This document shows positions 38,078 through 47,992 of a stretch of DNA of 64,000 nt, piece after piece. A program made the translations under genes and the position numbers. The notes below the pieces were generated by a model. It made no database searches and was not told the DNA's origin. It saw nothing but the letters and a program-made list of their open reading frames with translations. The stretch is from NCBI RefSeq assembly GCF_026460985.1, contig NZ_JAPKNM010000096.1, forward strand, positions 243-64,242. Reading direction: 5' to 3'. Position 1 is the stretch's first letter. Every line of letters starts with the position of its first letter. This DNA is from Sphingomonas sp. (lineage in GTDB: Bacteria > Pseudomonadota > Alphaproteobacteria > Sphingomonadales > Sphingomonadaceae).

Positions 38078-39303
38078 GTGAGGCGGCCGAAACCGGCAAG
38101 CCCAACGGCGACGTCCGGCGGCGGGTGAGCAAGCAGCTCGGTCGCGCCAATACGACGCGCGCGGGCATGTGGTTCTGGGAAGTCGACCGCGTGCTGCTGC
38201 TGCTCGCGATGCTGCTGATCGCGATCGGCCTCGTCGCCGTCGCCGCCGCTTCTCCCGCCACCGCGCGGCGCTATTCGGACGCGACGCACATCATGCAGCC
38301 GATGTATTATTTCTGGCGGCAATTGGTGTGGGTGTGCCTCTCCGTGCCCGTGCTGATCGGCGTGTCGATGCTGCCGATCACCGCGGCGCGGCGCTTCGCT
38401 TTGTTCGGCGCGGCGTTCTTCCTGCTGCTGCTCGCGCTGGTGCCGTTCATCGGATCGGAGGCGAACGGGGCGCGGCGCTGGATCGATTTCGGCGTGGCCG
38501 ACCTCCAGCCCTCGGAGTTCCTCAAGCCCTTCTTCATCGTCGCCACCGCGTGGATGCTGTCGTTCCGCGCCAAGGATCCCGAGCTGCCGGTGCTGTTCAT
38601 CACCGGCGGGCTGACCGCGGTGATCGCGGTGCTGCTGATGCTCCAGCCCGATTTCGGCCAGACCATGGTGTTCGGGATCGTCTGGCTGATCCTGCTGACC
38701 CTCTCGGGCATCTCGACCGTGGCGATCGGCGGGCTGCTCGGCACCGCGGTGGCGGGCGTGGTCGCGGCCTATCTGTTCTACGATACCGCGCGGACGCGCA
38801 TCAACAACTTCCTCTTCCCGACGAAGGAGGCCGCGCTGGCCGACCGCTATCAGGTCGACATGGCGCACCAGACCTTGAGCGCGGGCGGGCTCACCGGCGC
38901 GGGGCCAGGCAGCGGCCAGGTCAAGTTCAAGCTGCCCGAAGCGCATACCGACTATATCTTCTCGGTGATCGGCGAGGAGTTCGGGCTGGTCTCGTGCGCG
39001 GTGATCGTCGTGCTCTATGCCGCGATCGTGATCCGGGTGTTCATGAAGATGCTCGACGAGGAGGATGCCTTCCGCCTGCTCGCGGCCTCGGGGCTCGCCG
39101 CGCAATTCGGCGTGCAGGCGTTGATCAACATGGCGGTGAACACCGGCATCGCGCCGTCCAAGGGCATGACGCTGCCGTTCATCAGCTATGGCGGATCGTC
39201 GATGATCGCGCTTTCGATCGGCTATGGGTTGCTGCTCGCCTTCACGCGCCGAAACCCGTATCTGAAGCGCTCGCCATATACGGGTCGGTGGAGCAAGGGA
39301 TGA
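38074..39303 (+). CDS. ftsW: peptidoglycan glycosyltransferase FtsW (SEDS)
   Basis: Multi-TM SEDS profile. LQPSEFLKP and PEAHTDYIFSVIGEEFG. ATG overlaps the murD stop. Confidence 0.9.
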   Translation: MSEAAETGKPNGDVRRRVSKQLGRANTTRAGMWFWEVDRVLLLLAMLLIAIGLVAVAAASPATARRYSDATHIMQPMYYFWRQLVWVCLSVPVLIGVSMLPITAARRFALFGAAFFLLLLALVPFIGSEANGARRWIDFGVADLQPSEFLKPFFIVATAWMLSFRAKDPELPVLFITGGLTAVIAVLLMLQPDFGQTMVFGIVWLILLTLSGISTVAIGGLLGTAVAGVVAAYLFYDTARTRINNFLFPTKEAALADRYQVDMAHQTLSAGGLTGAGPGSGQVKFKLPEAHTDYIFSVIGEEFGLVSCAVIVVLYAAIVIRVFMKMLDEEDAFRLLAASGLAAQFGVQALINMAVNTGIAPSKGMTLPFISYGGSSMIALSIGYGLLLAFTRRNPYLKRSPYTGRWSKG

Positions 39304-40451
39304 CGAATTCGCGCAGCTATGTCCTGGCAGCGGGCGGGACCGGAGGGCATATGGTGCCCGCCGCCGCCCTCGCGGCCGAGCTGGCGAAGAGGGGGCACAA
39401 GGTCGCGCTGGTGAGCGACGATCGCGGCGTGCGCTTCCCGGGCCTGTTCGACGGAATCGAGACGCATGTGCTGCCCGCAGGCCGGCTGGGCGGCGGGCCG
39501 CTCGGCTATCTGCGCGCGGCGAGCCGTATCATGGCGGGACGATCGATGGCGCTGCGGCTCTACAAGGAACTGCGTCCCTCGGCGGTGATCGGCTTCGGCG
39601 GCTATCCGGCGCTGCCCTCGATCCTCGCGGCGTTCCGTGCCGGCGTGCCGACGGTGATCCACGAGCAGAATGCGGTGCTGGGCCGGGTCAACCGCTTCGT
39701 CGCGGGCCGGGTCAGCGCGATCGCGACCTCCTATGACGCGGTCGAGCGGATGAAGCCGCGCTGGGCGCGCAAGACGCACCTGATCGGCAATCCGGTGCGC
39801 GAGGCGGTGCTCGCGCTGCGCGAACGACCTTACCCCATCCTCGACGAGGACGGGATCTTCCGCGTGCTCGTCACCGGCGGCAGCCAGGGTGCGACGGTGC
39901 TGAGCAAAGTGGTGCCCGACGGGTTGGCGTTGCTCCCCGTCCATTTCCGCCGCCGGCTGCAGGTGACGCACCAGGCGCGGATCGAGGATATCGACGCGGT
40001 GCGCGCGAAGTATCAGGCGCACGGCATCCCGGCCGACGTCTCGACCTATATCACCGACATGCCCGAGGCGCTGGCCTGGGCGCATATCGTCATCGCGCGC
40101 GCGGGCGCCTCGACCATCGCCGAGCTGACCGCGGCGGGGCGCCCGGCGATCCTCGTGCCGCTGCCGAGCGCTACCGACGACCACCAGACCGCCAATGCGC
40201 GCGAGATCACCAATGCCGGCGGCGCGCGGACCATCGCGCAGCGCGCGTTCACCGCGACCGAGCTCGCCAAGCAGATCCAGAAGCTCGGGCTCGACACGCA
40301 GGGGCTCGAAAATGCGGCGGCCCGTGCCAGGAGCGTCGGGCGTCCGCATGCGGCGAGCGACCTCGCCGATCTCGTCGAATCGATTCACGCCCCGACGGCG
40401 CCGATCAAGGTGCGCCGCGCGGCCATCCAGGGAAGGCTCGCTCACGCATGA
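39300..40451 (+). CDS. murG: UDP-GlcNAc--lipid I GlcNAc transferase
   Basis: [27 protein letters not shown] motifs. ATG overlaps the ftsW stop. Confidence 0.9.
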   Translation: MTNSRSYVLAAGGTGGHMVPAAALAAELAKRGHKVALVSDDRGVRFPGLFDGIETHVLPAGRLGGGPLGYLRAASRIMAGRSMALRLYKELRPSAVIGFGGYPALPSILAAFRAGVPTVIHEQNAVLGRVNRFVAGRVSAIATSYDAVERMKPRWARKTHLIGNPVREAVLALRERPYPILDEDGIFRVLVTGGSQGATVLSKVVPDGLALLPVHFRRRLQVTHQARIEDIDAVRAKYQAHGIPADVSTYITDMPEALAWAHIVIARAGASTIAELTAAGRPAILVPLPSATDDHQTANAREITNAGGARTIAQRAFTATELAKQIQKLGLDTQGLENAAARARSVGRPHAASDLADLVESIHAPTAPIKVRRAAIQGRLAHA

Positions 40452-41866
40452 AGGGTGTCGCAACCGATATCGGCACGATCCATTTCGTCGGGATCGGCGG
40501 TATCGGCATGTCGGGTATCGCCGAGGTGATGCACAATCTCGGCTACAAGGTGCAGGGCTCGGACGTCGCGGAGGGCTATGTCGTGCAGGGCCTGCGCGAC
40601 CGCGGCATCCCGATCGAGATCGGCCACAAGGCCGGGAATATCGGCGACGCGGCGGTGGTCGTGGTCTCGACCGCGATCGTGCGCACCAATCCCGAGGTCG
40701 AGGCGGCATACCAGCGCCGCGTGCCGGTGGTGCGCCGCGCCGAGATGCTCGCCGAGCTGATGCGGCTGAAGTCCACCGTTGCGGTGGCGGGGACGCACGG
40801 CAAGACCACGACGACCTCGATGATCGCGGCCTTGCTCGACGCGGGCGGGGTGGATCCGACGGTGATCAACGGCGGGATCATCAACCAGTACGGCTCGAAC
40901 GCCCGATTGGGCGACAGCGACTGGATGGTGGTCGAGGCCGACGAGAGCGACGGCAGTTTCCTGCGCCTCGACGGCACGATCGCGGTAGTGACCAACATCG
41001 ATCCCGAGCATCTCGACCATTACGGCTCGTTCGACCGCGCCAAGGACGCCTATGTCGAGTTCGTCGAGAACGTGCCCTTCTATGGCGCAGCTTTGCTTTG
41101 CCTCGACCATCCCGAAGTGCAGGCAATCATCCCGCGCGTCCGCGATCGCCGGATCATCACCTATGGTTTCGCCGCCAGCGCCGATGTGCGTGGGGTGAAC
41201 GTCACGCCGCATTCGGGGGGGAACCGTTTCGAGGCGATCATCCGCAATCGCGACGGCACGGTCCGCTCGATCGAGAATATCGAACTGCCGATGCCCGGCC
41301 GGCACAATGTCCAGAACGCGCTCGCCGCGATCGGCGTGGCGCTCGAGCTCGGCATCCCCGACGTGACGATCCAGAAGGGCTTTGCGCGCTTCGGCGGGGT
41401 CAAAAGGCGCTTCACCAAGGTGGGCGAGACGCAGGGCGTGACGGTGATCGACGATTACGGACACCACCCGGTTGAGATCCGCGCGGTGCTCGCCGCAGCG
41501 CGCGAGAGCGCCGAGGGCAGGGTGATCGCGGTGGTCCAGCCGCACCGCTATTCGCGCCTCGGCAATCTGATGGACGACTTCGCCCAGGCCTTCAACGACG
41601 CCGACATGGTGCTGGTGACGCCGGTCTATGCCGCCGGTGAGGAGCCGCGCGAGGGCGTCGACTCCGAGGCTCTGGTCGACGGGATCCGCCGGCGCGGGCA
41701 CCGCTCGGCCGCCGCAGTCGCCGATGCCGATGCGCTGGCGCGCAGCCTCGCCGAAGTGGTGGTGCCGGGCGACATGGTCGTCTGCCTCGGCGCGGGCGAC
41801 ATCACGAAGTGGGCCGCGGGCCTCGCGCCGGCGATCGAGCAGGTCCGGCAGGGAGCGGCGGCATGA
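40448..41866 (+). CDS. murC: UDP-MurNAc--L-alanine ligase
   Basis: [39 protein letters not shown]. Confidence 0.9.
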   Translation: MKGVATDIGTIHFVGIGGIGMSGIAEVMHNLGYKVQGSDVAEGYVVQGLRDRGIPIEIGHKAGNIGDAAVVVVSTAIVRTNPEVEAAYQRRVPVVRRAEMLAELMRLKSTVAVAGTHGKTTTTSMIAALLDAGGVDPTVINGGIINQYGSNARLGDSDWMVVEADESDGSFLRLDGTIAVVTNIDPEHLDHYGSFDRAKDAYVEFVENVPFYGAALLCLDHPEVQAIIPRVRDRRIITYGFAASADVRGVNVTPHSGGNRFEAIIRNRDGTVRSIENIELPMPGRHNVQNALAAIGVALELGIPDVTIQKGFARFGGVKRRFTKVGETQGVTVIDDYGHHPVEIRAVLAAARESAEGRVIAVVQPHRYSRLGNLMDDFAQAFNDADMVLVTPVYAAGEEPREGVDSEALVDGIRRRGHRSAAAVADADALARSLAEVVVPGDMVVCLGAGDITKWAAGLAPAIEQVRQGAAA

Positions 41867-41982
41867 GCGACTGGTTCTCCACCGCGGTCGAGATGCAGCG
41901 CGAGATCCTCCGCGCGCAGAAGGCGGCCGAGGCGAACCTCGCGGCGTGGAAGCAATGGACGAAGCTGTGGGGATGGAAGTGA
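41863..41982 (+). CDS. 39-aa Trp-rich small ORF translationally coupled to murC
   Basis: ATG overlaps the murC stop (ATGA). GGGAG lies 7 nt upstream. [39 protein letters not shown]. 37 of 39 codons end in G/C, like the host genes. Too short to appear in the supplied ORF track. Confidence 0.5.
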   Translation: MSDWFSTAVEMQREILRAQKAAEANLAAWKQWTKLWGWK

Positions 41983-41999
41983 GCGTCTGCGTCTCTCTT

Positions 42000-42171
42000 A
42001 GCCCCTCCCCTTCAGGGGAGGATCAATCGGGTCGAAATGCCCCCCGGGCATTTCTGAAGCAGGCCGGGGGCCTGCTTCACCCGATTGATGGGGTGGGGCC
42101 TCGCCGTCTCACCGAGACCGATGGTCCGTGGACAGGCCCCACCCCAACCCCTCCCCTGAAGGGGAGGGGCT
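42000..42171. repeat. family-A palindromic element with nested family-C palindrome (42022..42089)
   Basis: Second 172-nt copy. Identical to 34073..34174 over its first 102 nt, and the last 35 nt are also the same. Confidence 0.85.
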
Positions 42172-42175
42172 TTCG

Positions 42176-43078
42176 ATGAGCCAGGTCTGCTACGCGCTTC
42201 CTCCTGTCCGCGGAAAACTGACTCACGGCGCGCCGCTCGCGCCTTTGGTGTGGTTCAAGAGCGGCGGCGCGGCGGAATGGCTGTTCGAGCCGGCGGATGT
42301 CGAGGATCTCAGCGCTTTCCTCTTCGCGCTCGATCCCGCCGTACCGGTGATGGGATTGGGGCTGGGCTCGAACATGATCGTCCGCGACGGCGGCGTGCCG
42401 GGCGTCGTGGTGCGGCTGGGCAAGCCTTTCGCGACGGTCGAGCAACTCGATGCGACCACGCTCAAATGCGGCGGCGGCGCGTCGGGCATCCTCGTTTCGT
42501 CCAAGGCGCGCGACGCGGGGATCGGCGGCGTCGAGTTCCTGCGTTCGATCCCGGGTACCGTCGGCGGGTTCGTGCGGATGAACGGCGGCGCCTATGGCCG
42601 CGAGACCAGCGACGTGCTGGTCGAGTGCGAGGTCGTGCTGCGCTCCGGCGAGCGGAAGACCCTCTCGCTGGCGGAGCTCGGCTACACCTATCGGCACAGC
42701 GAGCTTCCCGGCGGCGCGATCGTGGTGAGCGCGACTTTCCGTGGGCATGCCGGCGATCCGGCCGCCATCCAGACCGAGATGGACCGCATAGCCGCCGCGC
42801 GCGAGGAATCGCAGCCGCTGCGCTCCAAGACCGGGGGATCGACCTTCAAGAATCCGGAAGGGCACAAGGCCTGGGCGCTGATCGATGCGGCGGGTTGCCG
42901 CGGATTGCGGCGGGGCGATGCGCAGGTCAGCGAAAAACACTGCAATTTCCTGCTCAATCTGGGCAATGCTTCCTCGGCCGACATCGAGGCGCTGGGCGAG
43001 GACGTCCGCGCGAAGGTGAAGGCGCAGTCTGGCGTCGAGCTGGAGTGGGAAATCCAGCGTATCGGGGTGAACAAGTGA
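42176..43078 (+). CDS. murB: UDP-N-acetylenolpyruvoylglucosamine reductase
   Basis: LPPVRGKL...WFKSGGAAEWLFEP...GLGSNMIVRDGG...GSTFKNP. The ORF-track start 42128 lies inside the repeat, so the gene is trimmed to ATG 42176. Confidence 0.9.
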   Translation: MSQVCYALPPVRGKLTHGAPLAPLVWFKSGGAAEWLFEPADVEDLSAFLFALDPAVPVMGLGLGSNMIVRDGGVPGVVVRLGKPFATVEQLDATTLKCGGGASGILVSSKARDAGIGGVEFLRSIPGTVGGFVRMNGGAYGRETSDVLVECEVVLRSGERKTLSLAELGYTYRHSELPGGAIVVSATFRGHAGDPAAIQTEMDRIAAAREESQPLRSKTGGSTFKNPEGHKAWALIDAAGCRGLRRGDAQVSEKHCNFLLNLGNASSADIEALGEDVRAKVKAQSGVELEWEIQRIGVNK

Positions 43079-43090
43079 GTGTTGAGCTGA

Positions 43091-43215
43091 AATCCTCCCC
43101 CGCCAGGGGGAGGTGGCACGCGCAGCGTGACGGAGGGGGAGGACTCCCAACGATCGTTTGTGCTTCCGCCCCCTCCGTCGCCTTCGGCGCCACCTCCCCC
43201 TTGCGGGGGAGGATT
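43091..43215. repeat. family-B palindromic element
   Basis: 27-nt terminal inverted repeats, AATCCTCCCCCGCCAGGGGGAGGTGGC and GCCACCTCCCCCTTGCGGGGGAGGATT (26/27 match). Internal 11-bp pair GACGGAGGGGG/CCCCCTCCGTC. Confidence 0.85.
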
Positions 43216-43217
43216 GC

Positions 43218-44141
43218 ATGAGCGGCAAGTTGCACATCGCCGTCCTCATGGGCGGGTGGTCCGCCGAGCGCGAGGTTTCGCTGATGTCGGGGAACGGCGT
43301 CGCGGATGCTCTCGAGAGCCTGGGCCACCGCGTCAGTCGCGTCGACATGACGCGCGACGTCGCGATCAAGCTCGCCGAGCTCAAGCCCGATCTCGTGTTC
43401 AACGCGCTCCACGGCACCCCCGGCGAGGACGGGACGGTGCAGGGCACGCTCGACCTGATGGGGCTGAAATACACGCATTCGGGCCTCGTCACGTCGGTGA
43501 TCGCGATCGACAAGCAGCTCACCAAGCAGGCGCTGGTGCCGCACGGCATTCCGATGCCCGGCGGGCGGATGGTGCGCAGCGAGGAACTGTACGAGCGCGA
43601 CCCGCTGCCGCGGCCCTATGTGCTCAAGCCGGTCAACGAAGGCTCGTCGGTGGGCGTGGCGATCGTCACCGCGGAGGGGAATTACGGCGATCCGATCGCG
43701 TGCGATGCCAAGGGGCCGTGGCAGGAGTTCGACGACCTGCTCGCCGAGCCCTTCATCCGCGGGCGCGAGCTGACCACCGCGGTGCTCGGCGACCAGGCCC
43801 TGGGCGTGACCGAATTGAAGCCCAAGAGCGGCTTCTACGACTATGACGCCAAGTACACCGACGGGCTGACCGAGCATGTTTTCCCGGCCGACATTCCCGA
43901 GGAAGTCGCCGATGCGTGCAAGCGCATCGCGCTCGACGCGCATCGGCTGCTCGGCTGCAAGGGTTGCTCGCGCTCGGACTTCCGCTGGGACGACAGCCAG
44001 GGCGCCGACGGGCTGTTCCTGCTCGAGGTCAACACCCAGCCGGGGATGACGCCGCTCAGCCTCGTGCCCGAGCAAGCGCGCCATCTCGGCATCTCCTATG
44101 CTGAGCTGGTCCAGCGCATCGTCGACGAGGCGCTCGCTTGA
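43218..44141 (+). CDS. ddl: D-alanine--D-alanine ligase
   Basis: MSGKLHIAVLMGGWSAEREVSL...FNALHGTPGEDGTVQG...EVNTQPGMT. Confidence 0.9.
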   Translation: MSGKLHIAVLMGGWSAEREVSLMSGNGVADALESLGHRVSRVDMTRDVAIKLAELKPDLVFNALHGTPGEDGTVQGTLDLMGLKYTHSGLVTSVIAIDKQLTKQALVPHGIPMPGGRMVRSEELYERDPLPRPYVLKPVNEGSSVGVAIVTAEGNYGDPIACDAKGPWQEFDDLLAEPFIRGRELTTAVLGDQALGVTELKPKSGFYDYDAKYTDGLTEHVFPADIPEEVADACKRIALDAHRLLGCKGCSRSDFRWDDSQGADGLFLLEVNTQPGMTPLSLVPEQARHLGISYAELVQRIVDEALA

Positions 44142-45040
44142 GCCGCAGGCCCGCCCAGCGCACCGCCACGCGGCGGGGTGCGGCGCCCAACAAGCGCAAG
44201 GCGAATGCGCGCCGGCCCAAGCGGCCCGGCCTGCTCGACCAGGCGGTCGCCGCGCTGCCGTTCAGCCAGGCGACGCTGACCCGGATCGCGACGTGGAGCA
44301 TCGTGACCGCCGTGGGCGCGGCCGCGCTGGGCGTGGCGACCTGGTTCGGCGTGCCGGCGATGGCGGGTGTCGCGATCGCCAATGTCGTGGGCGAGGCGGG
44401 GCTCAAGGTCGACGAGATCCAGATCGACGGCATCAAGCGCATGGACAAGATGACGGTCTATGCGCAGGCGCTCGACCAGGATTCCCGCGCGATGCCGCTG
44501 GTCGATCTCGCCCTGGTCCGCGAGCGGCTGCTCAAATATCCCTGGGTCAAGGATGCGCGCGTTTCGCGCCGGCTGCCCAACACGCTGCGCATCTTCATCA
44601 TCGAGCGCGAGCCCGCGGCGATCTGGCAGAGCCACGGCCAATTGATGCTCGTCGACACCACCGGCGTGCCGCTCGAGCCCGTATCGACCGACGCGATGCC
44701 CGACCTGCCATTGCTGGTCGGCGAGGGCGCCAATGCGCAGGAGCCCGCGCGGCGCAGGCTGCTCGACGGGGCGCCGGCGCTCAGGCCCCTGGTCAAGGCG
44801 GCGACCTGGATCGGCAATCGCCGCTGGGACCTGACCTTCAGCAGCGGCGAGAAGCTCCAGCTGCCCGAAGGGGAGGAAGAGGCGGCTAAGTCCTTACGCA
44901 AATTCGCAGAGTTGGATGCGGCGCAGGGTCTGCTACGTAAGGGAACAATACGCTTCGACATGCGCGTCCCCGGGAATATGGTGATGCAGCGGCCGTTGGG
45001 GCAGACGGCGACGACGACGAGCGTTGGGACAGGGGACTAG
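44138..45040 (+). CDS. ftsQ: cell-division protein FtsQ
   Basis: Basic N-terminus, one TM helix, then POTRA/FtsQ fold (VDEIQIDGIKRM...VKDARVSRRLPNTLRIFIIER). TTG start overlaps the ddl stop. Confidence 0.8.
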   Translation: MSRRPAQRTATRRGAAPNKRKANARRPKRPGLLDQAVAALPFSQATLTRIATWSIVTAVGAAALGVATWFGVPAMAGVAIANVVGEAGLKVDEIQIDGIKRMDKMTVYAQALDQDSRAMPLVDLALVRERLLKYPWVKDARVSRRLPNTLRIFIIEREPAAIWQSHGQLMLVDTTGVPLEPVSTDAMPDLPLLVGEGANAQEPARRRLLDGAPALRPLVKAATWIGNRRWDLTFSSGEKLQLPEGEEEAAKSLRKFAELDAAQGLLRKGTIRFDMRVPGNMVMQRPLGQTATTTSVGTGD

Positions 45041-45043
45041 ACG

Positions 45044-46306
45044 ATGGCCAAGACAGTAGCCGAAGGGTTGATCACGGCGCTCGACGTCGGGTCGTCCAAG
45101 GTCTCGGCGCTGATCGCGCAGCGGATGGACGACGGCCATCTCGTCGTGCTCGGCACCGGCCAGCGCGAGAGCCGCGGCGTCAAGCGCGGCTATGTCGCCG
45201 ACATGCACGCCACCGAGCTCGCGATCCGCGAGGCGGTGGAGCAGGCCGAGCGCATCGCCGGCACCAATATCGAGGACGTCTGGGTCAGCTTCTCGGCGGG
45301 CGGGCTGCTCTCCGACGTGGTCAAGCTCGAGGCCGATCTGGGCGGCCACCGCGTCGAGCAGGCGGATATCGACGAACTGCTCAAGGCGGGGCGCGACGCG
45401 ATCGATCCGCAGGGCAAGATGGTGCTCCACGCCCAGCCGACCTGCTACACGATCGACGGTCTCGCCGGCGTCAAACGTCCCCTGGGTCTCCACGCCGACC
45501 GGCTCGGCATCGACATCCATGTCGTCTCGACCGAAGGCTCGCCGGTGCGCAACCTCGATCTGTGCGTCCGCTCGGCGCATCTCGAGGTCCGCTCGATCAT
45601 TGCCGCACCCGTGGCCACCGGGCTTGCCTGCCTCACCGACGAGGAGCGCGAGCTGGGTGTCGCTTTGGTCGAGATCGGTGCGGGGGTGACCAACGTCTCG
45701 GTGTTCGCGGGCGGCGTGCTCGCCGGGCTCGCCTCGATCCCGATGGGCTCGGCCGACATCACCGACGACATCGCCTCGGCCTTCGGCACCGCGCGCAACT
45801 GGGCCGAGCGGACGAAGTGCTTCCACGGCTCGGCGAACCTCAGCCCACGCGACAATCACGAGATGATCGACGTCCAGCCGGCGATCCCCGACGACGGCGC
45901 AGAGGGGCCGCGCATCACGAAGGCGCAGCTCAACGCGACGATCCGCCAGCGATTGGAGCGGCTGATGGCCGAGATCCAGAAGGAGCTGCGGAAGCTCGGC
46001 TTCCAGGATCCGATCGGGCGTCAGATCGTGCTCACCGGCGGCGGCGCCGAATTGAAGGGCATCGCGGACTATGCCCAGCAGGCGCTCGGCAACGCGGTCC
46101 GCGTCGGCCGGCCCAAGGGGCTGATCGCGCTTCCGGAAGCGCATGCCGGACCCGCCTTCGCCACGCTCGCGGGGCTTGCCCGCTTCGCCGCTGCCGATCC
46201 GATCGACCTGCGCGCGCTCGAGCCCGCCGGTCATCAGATGGTCACCAAGGCCAGCCCGGGCGCGGTTCTTCAGCGCCTCATGGCTGCGTTTCGGTCCAAT
46301 TATTAA
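45044..46306 (+). CDS. ftsA: cell-division protein FtsA
   Basis: Actin-like ATPase. ALDVGSSKV, VEIGAGVTNVSVF, LTGGGAELKGI. Confidence 0.9.
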   Translation: MAKTVAEGLITALDVGSSKVSALIAQRMDDGHLVVLGTGQRESRGVKRGYVADMHATELAIREAVEQAERIAGTNIEDVWVSFSAGGLLSDVVKLEADLGGHRVEQADIDELLKAGRDAIDPQGKMVLHAQPTCYTIDGLAGVKRPLGLHADRLGIDIHVVSTEGSPVRNLDLCVRSAHLEVRSIIAAPVATGLACLTDEERELGVALVEIGAGVTNVSVFAGGVLAGLASIPMGSADITDDIASAFGTARNWAERTKCFHGSANLSPRDNHEMIDVQPAIPDDGAEGPRITKAQLNATIRQRLERLMAEIQKELRKLGFQDPIGRQIVLTGGGAELKGIADYAQQALGNAVRVGRPKGLIALPEAHAGPAFATLAGLARFAAADPIDLRALEPAGHQMVTKASPGAVLQRLMAAFRSNY

Positions 46307-46417
46307 AGAAATACGACCGGCAGGTCTGTTTCCACTAGAGTCGTTCGGGCCCTTGGTGCATCACAGGGTCAATGGGTGCCGCTCCAGCGCGATGTCGGCG
46401 CCAGGGGAGATTATGGA

Positions 46418-47902
46418 ATGAGCATCGAATTTCTTCCGGCTGACGTCGACGAGCTGACGCCAAAGATCACGGTGATCGGCGTCGGCGGTGCCGGCGGCAA
46501 TGCGATCGCGAACATGATCCGCGCCGATGTGCTGGGGGTCGAGTTCCTCGTCGCCAACACCGACGCGCAGGCGCTCAAGCAGTCGTCGGCCGGGCATCGC
46601 ATCCAGCTGGGCGCGAAGATCACGCAAGGGCTGGGCGCAGGCTCGCGGCCCGAGATCGGCCGCGCCGCCGCCGAGGAGACGATCGACCAGGTCCAAAAGG
46701 CGCTCGAGGGCGCGCATATGTGCTTCATCGCCGCCGGCATGGGCGGGGGCACCGGCACCGGCGCCGCGCCGGTGATTGCCAAGGCCGCGCGCGACATGGG
46801 CATCCTGACCGTCGGCGTCGTCACCAAGCCCTTCGCCTTTGAAGGCCGCCGCCGCGCGCAATCGGCGGAAGCGGGCATCGAAGAGCTTCAGAAGTATGTC
46901 GACACGCTCATCGTCATCCCCAACCAGAATCTGTTCCTGATCGCCAACGCCAACACGACGTTCAAGCAGGCGTTCGAGATGGCCGACGAGGTGCTCCAGC
47001 AGGGCGTGCGCGGGATCACCGACCTGATGGTGATGCCGGGCCTCATCAACCTCGACTTCGCCGACGTCCGTTCGGTGATGCAGGAGATGGGCAAGGCGAT
47101 GATGGGCACCGGCGAGGCGGACGGCGACGACCGCGCGCTGATCGCGGCGCAGAAGGCGATCGCCAACCCGCTGCTCGACGGCGTCTCGATGAACGGCGCC
47201 AAGGGCGTGATCGTCTCGATCACCGGCGGCGAGGACATGCGCCTGCTGGAGGTCGACGAGGCGGCGAACCATATCCGCGAGCTGGTCGATCCCGACGCGA
47301 ACATCATCTGGGGCTCGGCGTTCAATCCGGACCTCGAGGGCAAGATCCGCGTGTCGGTCGTCGCGACCGGCATCGACGCCGATGCGCAGGCGCGCGTCGC
47401 CCCGGCGGCCGAGCAGCCGCGCGTCTTCTCCTTCTCGACCCCACGCCGTAGCGCCGCGGCAGCTGCCGCCGAGCCCGTCGCGGCCGAGCCGGCGCCGGAG
47501 CCGGGCTTCTCCGAACCCGCTTATGCGGCGGAGCCGCCGCAGGAGCCGGAGGCCGACGAGCTCGTCCTCGAGGCGCCCGAGGGGTTCGAGCCCGAGGCCC
47601 AGCCCGAGCCGGTGAGCTATGACGATGCCGACGATTCCGACGAGCTGCTGCTCGGCGAGCCGCTCGAGGAGCCGGTGGCGGAGGAAGAGCCCGCACCCGC
47701 ACCCGAGCTGACCAGCCGTCGCCGTTGGCTGACCGGCGCCAGCGACGAGGAGCCCGCGCCCGAGGCCAAGCCGGCCGGGCGGCGCGCCGGCGGCACGCTG
47801 TTCGAGCGCATGGCCTCGCGCGGTGCCTCCAAGGCCGCGGACGAGGACGACAAGGATCCGCTCGACATTCCGCGGTTCCTGCGCAGCCAGAACAACCAGT
47901 AA
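46418..47902 (+). CDS. ftsZ: cell-division GTPase FtsZ
   Basis: [22 protein letters not shown] and [11 protein letters not shown]. Long acidic/Pro-rich linker. C-terminal peptide DIPRFLRSQ. Confidence 0.95.
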   Translation: MSIEFLPADVDELTPKITVIGVGGAGGNAIANMIRADVLGVEFLVANTDAQALKQSSAGHRIQLGAKITQGLGAGSRPEIGRAAAEETIDQVQKALEGAHMCFIAAGMGGGTGTGAAPVIAKAARDMGILTVGVVTKPFAFEGRRRAQSAEAGIEELQKYVDTLIVIPNQNLFLIANANTTFKQAFEMADEVLQQGVRGITDLMVMPGLINLDFADVRSVMQEMGKAMMGTGEADGDDRALIAAQKAIANPLLDGVSMNGAKGVIVSITGGEDMRLLEVDEAANHIRELVDPDANIIWGSAFNPDLEGKIRVSVVATGIDADAQARVAPAAEQPRVFSFSTPRRSAAAAAAEPVAAEPAPEPGFSEPAYAAEPPQEPEADELVLEAPEGFEPEAQPEPVSYDDADDSDELLLGEPLEEPVAEEEPAPAPELTSRRRWLTGASDEEPAPEAKPAGRRAGGTLFERMASRGASKAADEDDKDPLDIPRFLRSQNNQ

Positions 47903-47908
47903 GGCGTT

Positions 47909-47948
47909 CGTCGCCGGCGGATCTCGCTTCGGCGAGCCGCCGGCGACG
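47909..47948 (+). terminator. strong hairpin after ftsZ
   Basis: CGTCGCCGGCGG-at-CTCGC-ttcg-GCGAG-CCGCCGGCGACG. 17 bp with a 2-nt bulge and a TTCG loop, 6 nt after the stop. No U-tract. Confidence 0.55.
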
Positions 47949-47992
47949 CGTCATTGGCGGTTCAGCCAATGCCGTGTCTGGCTGATCGCTCG

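Noticed and set aside
46307-46417. Search for CtrA (TTAA-N7-TTAA) boxes in the ftsA-ftsZ spacer and the mraZ upstream region
   Set aside because: I saw no full box, only isolated TTAA or half-site-like strings.
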